40,228 nucleotides of DNA. Source: an uncultured Subdoligranulum sp. Lineage in GTDB: Bacteria; Bacillota; Clostridia; Christensenellales; CAG-314. The translations under genes were made by a program, and so were the position numbers. Each line of letters starts with the position of its first letter. The first letter of the stretch is position 1. The notes beneath the pieces are model-generated. The model searched no databases and was not told the DNA's origin. It saw only the letters and a list, made by a program, of their open reading frames with translations. Below, piece after piece: positions 1 through 8,645 of the stretch. The stretch covers positions 1 through 40,228 of the forward strand of contig URVX01000001.1 of the NCBI GenBank assembly GCA_900551395.1, in the 5' to 3' direction.

Positions 1-3000
1 GTGGCAATCAACGCAGTGTGGACAATCGTAACGCTGACAAGCTGCTCGCAGTTTTCAAACATAGACTTGGGAGAACCAAAAGCGCCGTTAAGATAAAGCG
101 TTATTTCTTCAATAGCCGTCCCGCTGAAAATGAATGCTCCGTCGAAATAGCAGTTGGAGGGAATCACAACCGTCTTGAGCCCCGAGCAGCCGTAAAACGC
201 ATAACCGCCGATGTCGTAATATGCTCCGCGATAACCGCTTGCCGGGTCTCTGCCTTCCCTTTCGAATGAGACAAGCTCGGTGCAGCCATCGAAAGCATGA
301 GCGCCTATCGCATAATAAGCCGTCGAGCTTCCGCTCCTGCTGTATTCGGGAAGAGTTATGCTCGTAAGCGCCGTACAGCCGTAAAATGCGTATTGCCCTA
401 TCGTCAAAGCCTCTGTCATCCACTCCGCTCCGCTTTCGGCAAAAGTAAGAGCCTCGAGTCCGGTACAGCCGGCAAAGCAGCGTGTGCCTAATGCGCTTGC
501 CTGAGTCGTAATAGTTACGTTGCCGTTTCTGTCGGTAGTAACCTTTTGAGGCGCTCTGACGCGGCGGGGCAGTTCGACGTTCACGAGAGAGACACAGTTT
601 TCAAATGCCGAGTTGCCCATGGACAAAACGCTGCTTCCGTTTTCTCCGAATGTAATCTGAGCAAGGACGGCGCAGTCTTTGAAAGCATTGTTGCCTATCG
701 TAGTCACGTTTTTGCCTATATAAATGCTCTCGATACCCGAACCCATAAACGCTTCCGCTTTGATTTCGGTAACGCCGTCGTGCAGCTCGACCTCCTTGAG
801 GTCAACGCAATTTGCGAACATGCCCTGCGGTATAACCGTCATAGAACTAGGTATGACAACCTTAGTAACTCCTGTGCCGGCAAAGGCGTAGTCGCCTGCG
901 GTCATGCCCTGCTCGATGACGTACTCGCCCGTCGCCGAAGCGGGAACATACAGAATCTGCGTTCCGTCATAATCGAGGAGCTCGCCTGCGCTGCCCAGTC
1001 TGTAAGCTGAGTTGCCTTCCGAAACGGTCAAGGTTTCGAGGTTGTCGCAATCGAGGAACACGCTTGTTCCCATGCTGACAACGGAATCGGGTATATAAAC
1101 CTCTGTCAACGCCGTGCAGCCCTTGAACGCATAGTTTCCTATCATGTTGACGCTTCTTAAATCAACGGAAGTCAGACTCGTGCAGCCTTCAAAAGTGTTG
1201 TTTCCGATTTCCTTTATGTTGGACAAATCTATGCTTTCGAGGCTGATGCAATCCTTGAACGCGGTATTGCCCAATTCGATTATATTTGCGGGCAGGATAA
1301 CCTCTTTCAGAGAGGTGCAGCCGCTGAAATAGCTTGTGTTGAGATAAGTCAGATTGTTGCCTATCGGCGCGTAAATTTCTACTCTCTCAAGCCGAGTGCA
1401 GTTTAAAAACTCATTGAGTCCCGTGTTGCCGAATTTGGTGAGCGTTGCCGGGATTACTATGCTCTTGATTCCCGAATTCTGGAAAGCAGATTGCGCTATC
1501 GTCTCGACGCTTGCGGGAATTTCCACAGTTTCAACGGGACAATTTTTGAACATATATTGTACTATCGTCTTGAGATTTGCCGACAAGGTAATGTTATTCA
1601 AACTCGTGCAGTCGAGGAACAGACCTGTAGTTCCTACAAGCGTTGTCACGCTGTCGGGCATAACAAAGGTCTCCAACGCGCTGCAATATCTGAACGCGGC
1701 GTTGCCTATTTCCTGCAATTTGCTGTTTTCTTCAAATTCAACAGAAGTCAGAGCCTTGCAGCCTTCAAAGAAGAAGTTGGGCATTCCGTTCAATCGCGCA
1801 GGCAGATGTACTCTTTCCAACGCGCTCCAACCGAACATAGTGGCATTGTAGTTTGACGAAGTGCTGCCGCCGGGAGCCGTCGCGTCAAAGGTTATGTCTT
1901 CTGTTCCGCCGTCCTCGAATATGACGTCGGTCACCATAGACTTCTGGAACACGCCGTATCCGAGATAAGTCACTGTCTTGGATATATTGACTGTCCTGAG
2001 GTTGACTGCTTCAGCAAAAGCTCTCGTTTCTATGTTCAATGTACCTTCGGGCACGGTGTAGCTTTCTCCTGCCTTGCCGGTAGGATAGCAAATCAGACGA
2101 GTGCCGTCGGAGTTGAAAAGCACGCCGTCTACGGAGGTGAAGTTTTCGCTTCCGTCCGCAACCAGAATTTCTTCAAGAGAAGTGCAGCCGACAACATTGC
2201 TCCACCAGAACTGAGTCATTCTGGAAGAAAGCGTTAAGCTTGTAAGAGCGGTGCAGTCGAGGAACACGCCGTATTTTCTCATGGTCTGCACGTAAGTGGC
2301 TGTATGCGCCTTGTTGCTGCTGTGGACATATTCTTCGCCAAGCGCAACTACGGTTTCGGGCACGACAAATTCCGTCAGACCCGTGCCGCGGAACGCTCCC
2401 GCCTTGATATCGGTAAGCTTTCCGTTTGCCGCATCCTCGAATGTAACGGACGTCAGCGTAGGGATTTGTTCAAACGCACGCGCCCCGATAGACGTCATAC
2501 GGGCGGGTATCTCGATTGTCGTGAGTCCTGTCTGGGCAAAAACTCCTTGATTGTCTGTGGGCATATTGCTTGAACGGTTGTCTTCCAACACGAGCGCCGG
2601 AGCAACGCCTTCTCCGACGTAAGGCTGAAATACGACGCTTGTAAGAGTTTTCACCTGGAAGAACGCGTTTTTGCCGATACTCGTCACCGAAGCGGGTATG
2701 GAAATGCTTACAAGCGACGTTCCCTTGAAAGCCTCCGCGCCTATCCTGTCAAGCTTATCGGGCAGCGTTATGCTTGTGAGCGACGAACCGAAAACCGCCG
2801 CAGTGTTGCCCAAAGTAGTGACCGACGTATTGGAAAGGTCAATCGTAGCGAGCGCCGAGCCGGTAAACGTATAATTTCCTATTGAGGAAAGCAGGCAGCC
2901 TTCAGCGAATTCCACCGAAGAAAGCTCGGGACAATCTCTCAGAGCGCTGAGTCCCAGCGTCGTCAGAGAAGCAGGAATAAACACACTCTGTAGATTTGCG

Positions 3001-6000
3001 CAATAAAACGCATAGTCGCCGATTCTCGTCACGCCTTCGGCAAGAGTAATATGCGTGAGGCGTGAATAATGGAACGCGTATGCTCCGATAAATTCCACCG
3101 TGCCCGCCAGAGGCTGATCATCCGAAATTTCCGTCCTGCCGGCGGGGAAGTAGACCAGCTGCTTTCCGTCCTTGGTGTAAAGCACGCCGTTTTCGGATTT
3201 GTACTTCGCATTGTCTTCACTTATTTCGATGCTTGTCAGATTGGCGGAGTTTCCGAACATTGCCTTGTGAATACCGTCGGTTGAAGCCACAAACTCGGTT
3301 CTTGCAGGCAAATTCAACGAGGTCAAAGCGGAGTTTACGAATACGTAGCCGCTGCTCGTGCCTATTTTCAAGGTTGCCGCCGCGTTTTCGTCATCCGGCT
3401 CAAACACCAGCGAAACGAGCGAATAGGTGTTCTGGAACGCATAGTCGCCTATCGTCGCCACCGTATTGGAAATGTAAAATTCAGTTATGCCGGAGCCTGA
3501 AAAAGCATAGTTGTCAATCGTGACCAGGTTGGACATAGGGTTGTCGCCATCGTCCTTTTCAAACGTGACGGAGGTCAGATTGGTCAGGTTGTAGAACGCG
3601 TATCTGCCCAAAGCGGTAAGACGCGCGGGGAGCACAACCGTACTCAGTGACGAACAGCCGATAAATACGCCCGTAGTATTTCTGGTCGCAGTGCCGGCAA
3701 TAGTAAGAGGCTGTTCGCCGCCGCCGGCAAAAATCACTGTTTCCAGTCCGGAGCAGTTGAGGAAGGCGGCTTCGCCTATCGTCGTGAACGTGTTGGGGAT
3801 TGTTATTTCGGAGATGAGCGCGCAGTTTTCAAAGGCGTTTGCGCCGATTCCGCTCACTCCCTCGGGAATGGTGACCTGTGCAAGCAATATGCAGTCGAAG
3901 AAAGCCTTGCTGCCGATGTTTTCCAATGCGGAGGAAAGCTCAAGCGTCGTCAGGGAAACGCATCCCGCGAATGCGGACGCGCCCAGAGTTGTCAGAGTGT
4001 CGGGAAGCACGGCTTGCTTCAAAGCGGTGTCCGCAAAAGCCGAAGCTCCAATTTCGACAAGTCCCTCGCTGAAATTTATCGTTGTCAGCAACGCCGCTTT
4101 GTAGAACGCCTCGTCGCCGATAGCCGTCACGTAGGAAGGCAGATTGAGTTGGCTTACGCTTGCGCAGTAGGCAAACGCTCTGTCGCCTATCGTTAAGTCG
4201 GCGTCTTCGTCCTCGCTTGTTTCGAAGATAATATCCGCAAGATACAGACACATGTTGAAAGCGTCTTCCTGAATTTCCTTGACGGAAGCGGGAATTGTTA
4301 TCTCCGTTATCTTCATGTTGTTTTCAAACACGCCCGCGCCTATGATTTCTATAGTTTCGGGCAAAACCACGTTGCCGTCGCGCCCCAGCGAATAGAAAAG
4401 AATAATCGTCTTTGCAGCGTCGTAAAGCACGCCGTCGTCGTCGGCAAAATATTCGTTGCCTTCGTCGACGTAAACGCCCTGCAGGTTGCTGCAGCCGTCA
4501 AAGACGTTCATGCTGAGCTCCGTGACAGAGTCGGACAAAGTAAATGTTGCAAGAGACACGCACCCGGAAAAAGCATAGTTTCCGATAACCAGGCTTTCGC
4601 CGCCGGACACAAGAGTTACGTCCTTGAGCAAAGCGCAGTTCGCAAACGCGCTTTCCCCTAATTTCTTCACCGTATTGGGGATTTCGACTGCCTTGAGACC
4701 TACATTGTTGGCAAACGCACCCTTAGCTATTTCCACAACATTGCTGCCCGCCTCGAAAATCACTTGAGTCAACGCGTCGTTCTGGTAAGGGAAAGAGAAA
4801 GCGTTTTCGCCGATAGTCAGCTCCGCAGGAAGCAAACCGCCTCCAAAGGTTATGCTTTCGAGAGAATAACATCCGTAGAAAGCGTTTGTTCCTATAGACG
4901 CGATTCCTGAATGGAAAACAACAGAGCTTAAACGGTGTCCCGAAAAAGCGTAGTCGCCAATGGAGGTTATCCTGCCGTCAACGACATATTCGCCGCGTCT
5001 GCCGTTGGGGAAATGAATTATCGAAGTGCCGGCAGCGTCGCACAGCACGCCGTCAACAGACGAATAATATTTGTTGCCCTCTTCCACAAAAATGTTTTCG
5101 AGGTAAATACTGCCGTTGAACAAATCCACGCCGTAAACCGTTCCCGAAGATTCGTTGCCTATCTCAAGCTCACCCATACGGGCGGGGAGAGTGATGTTGA
5201 TAAGAGAGCCGCAGTTGGCAAACGCGCTGCTCTCTATGATAAGTTCGTTCGCGCCTTCCTCGAAAATAACTTCCGAAAGATTTTCGCAGCTTGTGAACGC
5301 GCGCATACGGATAGCAGTCACGGAAGCGGGTATGGTGATTGAGGAGAGACGGCAGCCCGCAAATGCACGGATGGGGATTTCGGTTACGCCGTCAGGTATG
5401 CGCACAGAGCCTTTCTTGGCCAGCGGCACACATGTAACGTAACGCTCGCCGGTGACCTCGTCGTCGAAAATCAATATGCCGTCTGCCGAGCTGTAAGTGA
5501 TAATATTGTTGCCTTCGACGTGATAGACATTGATTTCCTCCAGATTGCTGCACTCATTGAAAGGTGTCGCGCCCGTCGCGCCCACCTGAACTATGGTGTC
5601 GGGGATTTCAACCGTCACGAGGGTGGAACAGCTGGAGAACGCGCCACTGTCGATATACGATACGGGCATTCCGTTGTAGGTCGCGGGGATAAGCAGGTTT
5701 CTTACTTTGTTGATTTCGGGACCTTTAAGCACTGCGTACGCGCCGCCCGTAGACTCTCTGAACGAAAGAGCCTCGATCCAATAAGCATAAACGGTTGTAT
5801 CGTTGTTTGCTATATTCCACACCGACAGACTCCTGCCAAGCTCGTCGGTATAACGGAAGCCCTGTCCGCCCGGCTCCTGATACCAGCCGCCGAAAACCAG
5901 CGTTGCGTCGGAAGCCACGGGAACCTCCAACGTGTAGTGCTCGCCGTAAATTAAGCGCGCGTTTCCGTTGGAGCCTTCGGGAGCGATTCCGCCGTAATAG

Positions 6001-8303
6001 TTGTATGTAACGATAAAGGAGGTGGATTTCCAGTACGCATAAAGCACAATGTCTCCCGTCTCTGCGAAGAACTCGTCGGCATACAAAGCGCCGTTACCCT
6101 CCGCGCCGCCGATTGCATTGTACCATCCGGCAAACTCGTAACCGGCTCTGACGGGTTGTTCAAAAGCCGGCATTCTGTCGCCGTATACTTTGTTGACGGG
6201 GTTCACGCTGCTGCCGCCGCGGCTGTCAAAGGTTATTTTAAAAGCCGTTACGTTGAGCGTTGCCCAGGCGCCGACATATTCTCCGTCGACAAAACGGACT
6301 TCGATGATGTTTCTGCCCGAAAAAGGAAGCTCAACCTCATAAGAATTTTCGCCTGCCGCGATGTTTGTCTGCGTGCTGACGTCGCCGTTGTAGCGAATCT
6401 GATAGCCTGTCGCTCCTATGACGGGACGCCAGTATACAACGCCCTGCGAATATTCTAAAGTGCCGTACATAGCGTAATAGCGCATGTCCGCAGCGTCGCT
6501 CCAGAGCGAATCGTTTCCGTCCATGCGTGCGCGCACGGTCACCGAGAAATCTGTTCCGGGAGCCGCAGTTGCCACAGCGTCGGCGAGACTGAAAGAGTTC
6601 TCGGTCACGATGACGGGCTGGGAGCTGCCCACTCTCACCTGATAGCTGACACCCTCACCCAAAGAGTCCCATGTCAAAAGCTCGTCTTCGACGCGGATAT
6701 TTTCCGGCGTAGCCAACCGAGTTTTCATGTAAACAAACTCCGTAGCTTCGGGTGAAATATAATTTTTCGTTACGGGAATAATTTTTACAACCACTCCCTC
6801 CGCACGGGGCGCGCACCCCTTGATGCAAAGAGAAGTTACGTTGCCTATGTATTCCTCGTGTACGTGATTGCTGTTTCCGCACAGGATTTCAACCTTGTAG
6901 CCCTGGGCGTTTACAACAGCCTGCCACGTAAGAATTTCCGTCGCCTCGTCAAAGACGAAAGCGTTTTGGTCTATTTTGTCCAGTTTGCGTTCATACACAA
7001 AGGTCTTGGACACGGAGGATGCAAATCCCTCCGCCTCCGCAGTAATGGTAAAGGCAATCCCGCCATCGCGCATGGGGCAGTTTGCAAAGTTGTAAAATGT
7101 GGACTCTCCCAGTGCGAAACGCTCGTGCCTGTGCTGCTCGTCTCCGCACTCGATGGTGATGAAATAACGCTGAGCGTTTTCAACGCCGCCGAAAACCAGA
7201 GCGGAAGGCTCGACTACGGAGAAGAAAGACACGCTTGCCAACGCTTTGTTTTTGAAGTACCTGACGGTCGAAACCGATTCGCTGCCCTGCGTCGCGGTAA
7301 CGGTAATCACGTAGTCTCCCGCGGGTGCAGAGGCAAAGTCTATCGCTTCGACTGCAGCGTCGCTTGCTTTGTCAATCGCGGTGAAGCCTGACGGCCCCTC
7401 CACCTTGAGACGGTAAGAAACGCCTGCCGCGACATTGCGGCTCATGCCTTCGGTCGTTACGCTGACTTCGGGCGCGATTAGTCCCGCAGAAGCGTTTGCC
7501 GTCCACTGCGCGAACAGGGTTGTGTTTTCGCAAAACACCATGTCATCTGTGTAGCGCGCGGTAAGCATTTCGGCATCGTCGTACATGCTTATCCACCAGC
7601 CGCCGAAGGTATAACCCGTGCGCACGGGAGTTGCGACGTTGTACAGCTTGCCGCCCACCGTCTTTGCGGACGCCATAGCCGGAGCCTGTTCATAACCAAG
7701 CTCGAAATCTACCGTAAACTCCGCCTGTCCCAGTACGCTTTCGCCCCAGTAAGCATAAAGCGTAACATTGGAGGTGACTATATCGGTGTCGAACAAAAAC
7801 GGATGAGTGTGGGTATTGTCGGTGTACCAGCCGATAAAGGTATATCCGTCTCTCGCGGGATCCGCCGGACGGGAAACGGTCTTGCCGTTGACAACCGTCG
7901 CTGCGGCGACCGCGCTGCCTCCCGCCGAATCAAACGTGACGGTGTAAGTGAGCTTTTTCAAAAAGCGCATCTGACTGCCCGAATAATTCAGAGTCAACAC
8001 CTCGCCGTCAAGCGTTGCATTGAGGTCGGCTTTGTCCCCCGCAAAATCGAATACAAGCGAAGTCCCCGTCAGGGTATATTCTCCCGAAAGGTTTTCGCCC
8101 ATTACCCAAAAGGTAAAGCGATTGCCTGCTGCCAGAGCAATCTGATATTCGATGCCCTCGTCGTCGTAGTAGTAAACTCCCGCTTCGGGACCGGCGACCA
8201 ATTCCTGCTCTTTTGGCTTAGGGTCGCAGGCGGTCAGAACCGAAAAGGTAAGCGCTGCTACGAGCACAATCAACAAGACGTACATTTTCCTCTTGATTTT
8301 CAT
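1..8303 (-). CDS. giant surface lipoprotein: Listeria-Bacteroides (InlB B-type) repeats followed by roughly 1,900 codons of BspA-type leucine-rich repeats; 3' end lies beyond the left window edge (>2767 codons in window)
   Basis: Absent from the supplied ORF track because no stop lies inside the window. The minus frame whose codons start at positions = 2 (mod 3) is the only minus frame with no listed ORF between 1 and 8303. Own translation: ATG 8303-8301, GGAGG at 8315-8311 (7-nt spacer), N-terminus MKIKRKMYVLLIVLVAALTFSVLTAC (signal peptide + lipobox LTAC), then YTVTFDSAGGSAV...GYTFIGWYTD...VTLYAYW (Flg_new-type repeat). Stop-free spot translations: 5900-5791 LVFGGWYQEPGGQGFRYTDELG; 5699-5583 NLLIPATYNGMPVSYIDSGAFSSCSTLVTVEIPDT; 3059-3001 LTHITLAEGVTRIGDYAFYC; 1199-1143 NTFEGCTSLTSVDLRSVNM; 59-3 FENCEQLVSVTIVHTALIA. 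These match the AF..C..L..V.IP..V..IG pattern of BspA-type LRRs. Confidence 0.85.
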   Translation of the reverse strand, partial: MKIKRKMYVLLIVLVAALTFSVLTACDPKPKEQELVAGPEAGVYYYDDEGIEYQIALAAGNRFTFWVMGENLSGEYTLTGTSLVFDFAGDKADLNATLDGEVLTLNYSGSQMRFLKKLTYTVTFDSAGGSAVAAATVVNGKTVSRPADPARDGYTFIGWYTDNTHTHPFLFDTDIVTSNVTLYAYWGESVLGQAEFTVDFELGYEQAPAMASAKTVGGKLYNVATPVRTGYTFGGWWISMYDDAEMLTARYTDDMVFCENTTLFAQWTANASAGLIAPEVSVTTEGMSRNVAAGVSYRLKVEGPSGFTAIDKASDAAVEAIDFASAPAGDYVITVTATQGSESVSTVRYFKNKALASVSFFSVVEPSALVFGGVENAQRYFITIECGDEQHRHERFALGESTFYNFANCPMRDGGIAFTITAEAEGFASSVSKTFVYERKLDKIDQNAFVFDEATEILTWQAVVNAQGYKVEILCGNSNHVHEEYIGNVTSLCIKGCAPRAEGVVVKIIPVTKNYISPEATEFVYMKTRLATPENIRVEDELLTWDSLGEGVSYQVRVGSSQPVIVTENSFSLADAVATAAPGTDFSVTVRARMDGNDSLWSDAADMRYYAMYGTLEYSQGVVYWRPVIGATGYQIRYNGDVSTQTNIAAGENSYEVELPFSGRNIIEVRFVDGEYVGAWATLNVTAFKITFDSRGGSSVNPVNKVYGDRMPAFEQPVRAGYEFAGWYNAIGGAEGNGALYADEFFAETGDIVLYAYWKSTSFIVTYNYYGGIAPEGSNGNARLIYGEHYTLEVPVASDATLVFGGWYQEPGGQGFRYTDELGRSLSVWNIANNDTTVYAYWIEALSFRESTGGAYAVLKGPEINKVRNLLIPATYNGMPVSYIDSGAFSSCSTLVTVEIPDTIVQVGATGATPFNECSNLEEINVYHVEGNNIITYSSADGILIFDDEVTGERYVTCVPLAKKGSVRIPDGVTEIPIRAFAGCRLSSITIPASVTAIRMRAFTSCENLSEVIFEEGANELIIESSAFANCGSLINITLPARMGELEIGNESSGTVYGVDLFNGSIYLENIFVEEGNKYYSSVDGVLCDAAGTSIIHFPNGRRGEYVVDGRITSIGDYAFSGHRLSSVVFHSGIASIGTNAFYGCYSLESITFGGGLLPAELTIGENAFSFPYQNDALTQVIFEAGSNVVEIAKGAFANNVGLKAVEIPNTVKKLGESAFANCALLKDVTLVSGGESLVIGNYAFSGCVSLATFTLSDSVTELSMNVFDGCSNLQGVYVDEGNEYFADDDGVLYDAAKTIILFYSLGRDGNVVLPETIEIIGAGVFENNMKITEITIPASVKEIQEDAFNMCLYLADIIFETSEDEDADLTIGDRAFAYCASVSQLNLPSYVTAIGDEAFYKAALLTTINFSEGLVEIGASAFADTALKQAVLPDTLTTLGASAFAGCVSLTTLELSSALENIGSKAFFDCILLAQVTIPEGVSGIGANAFENCALISEITIPNTFTTIGEAAFLNCSGLETVIFAGGGEQPLTIAGTATRNTTGVFIGCSSLSTVVLPARLTALGRYAFYNLTNLTSVTFEKDDGDNPMSNLVTIDNYAFSGSGITEFYISNTVATIGDYAFQNTYSLVSLVFEPDDENAAATLKIGTSSGYVFVNSALTSLNLPARTEFVASTDGIHKAMFGNSANLTSIEISEDNAKYKSENGVLYTKDGKQLVYFPAGRTEISDDQPLAGTVEFIGAYAFHYSRLTHITLAEGVTRIGDYAFYCANLQSVFIPASLTTLGLSALRDCPELSSVEFAEGCLLSSIGNYTFTGSALATIDLSNTSVTTLGNTAAVFGSSLTSITLPDKLDRIGAEAFKGTSLVSISIPASVTSIGKNAFFQVKTLTSVVFQPYVGEGVAPALVLEDNRSSNMPTDNQGVFAQTGLTTIEIPARMTSIGARAFEQIPTLTSVTFEDAANGKLTDIKAGAFRGTGLTEFVVPETVVALGEEYVHSSNKAHTATYVQTMRKYGVFLDCTALTSLTLSSRMTQFWWSNVVGCTSLEEILVADGSENFTSVDGVLFNSDGTRLICYPTGKAGESYTVPEGTLNIETRAFAEAVNLRTVNISKTVTYLGYGVFQKSMVTDVIFEDGGTEDITFDATAPGGSTSSNYNATMFGWSALERVHLPARLNGMPNFFFEGCKALTSVEFEENSKLQEIGNAAFRYCSALETFVMPDSVTTLVGTTGLFLDCTSLNNITLSANLKTIVQYMFKNCPVETVEIPASVETIAQSAFQNSGIKSIVIPATLTKFGNTGLNEFLNCTRLERVEIYAPIGNNLTYLNTSYFSGCTSLKEVILPANIIELGNTAFKDCISLESIDLSNIKEIGNNTFEGCTSLTSVDLRSVNMIGNYAFKGCTALTEVYIPDSVVSMGTSVFLDCDNLETLTVSEGNSAYRLGSAGELLDYDGTQILYVPASATGEYVIEQGMTAGDYAFAGTGVTKVVIPSSMTVIPQGMFANCVDLKEVELHDGVTEIKAEAFMGSGIESIYIGKNVTTIGNNAFKDCAVLAQITFGENGSSVLSMGNSAFENCVSLVNVELPRRVRAPQKVTTDRNGNVTITTQASALGTRCFAGCTGLEALTFAESGAEWMTEALTIGQYAFYGCTALTSITLPEYSRSGSSTAYYAIGAHAFDGCTELVSFEREGRDPASGYRGAYYDIGGYAFYGCSGLKTVVIPSNCYFDGAFIFSGTAIEEITLYLNGAFGSPKSMFENCEQLVSVTIVHTALIA

Positions 8304-8470
8304 TTATGTTCCTCCGTTTATTATTTTAAAACGCCCAGCCTCACGCAAAGCCGTTGCGTTTAATATTTGCGTGGATTTCTCAAAATTCATGCGGAATTTT
8401 CATGTTTCGATTACATTTATACAAAATGCGGAATTTTATGAAAAATTGTCGTTTATCTATGTGTAATCGA

Positions 8471-8499
8471 ATTATATCGTGCGTTTCACATAATGTCAA
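8471..8499 (-). promoter_or_regulatory. sigma-A type promoter for the giant LRR gene
   Basis: Minus strand reads TTGACA (8499-8494), 17-nt spacer, TATAAT (8476-8471), with a T10 run (8519-8510) just upstream of the -35. It lies ~165 nt upstream of the ATG at 8303. Confidence 0.5.
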
Positions 8500-8597
8500 A
8501 TAAAAATACAAAAAAAAAACACATTAGTAAATTTTATGGACTTCCTGTCGCATAATGGAAAATTTTATGTGCCGGACGTGACGACTTGCAATAAGCA

Positions 8598-8625
8598 AAA
8601 GGACTGCCTTAAAAGGCAGTCCTTT
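8598..8625 (-). terminator. intrinsic terminator after the 1333-aa lipoprotein gene
   Basis: Perfect 11-bp stem AAAGGACTGCC / GGCAGTCCTTT with a 6-nt loop, about 20 nt downstream of the stop at 8646-8648. The tail on the minus strand is T-rich. Confidence 0.6.
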
Positions 8626-8645
8626 AGCTGTGTTATTTTATTTTG

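Noticed and set aside
18-8363. All listed + strand and minus-strand ORFs between 18 and 8363, for example 7803..8363, 6858..7391, 546..1010, 1396..1851 and 3691..4104
   Set aside because: All overlap the single long minus-strand LRR lipoprotein frame, are short, and lack motifs. The listed minus ORFs are in the two other minus frames.
8510-8519. A10/T10 homopolymer upstream of the LRR gene as a slipped-strand phase-variation switch
   Set aside because: The tract lies upstream of the -35 hexamer, not in the 17-nt spacer or the coding region. Length changes would therefore not alter promoter geometry. It more likely acts as an UP-element-like A/T tract.
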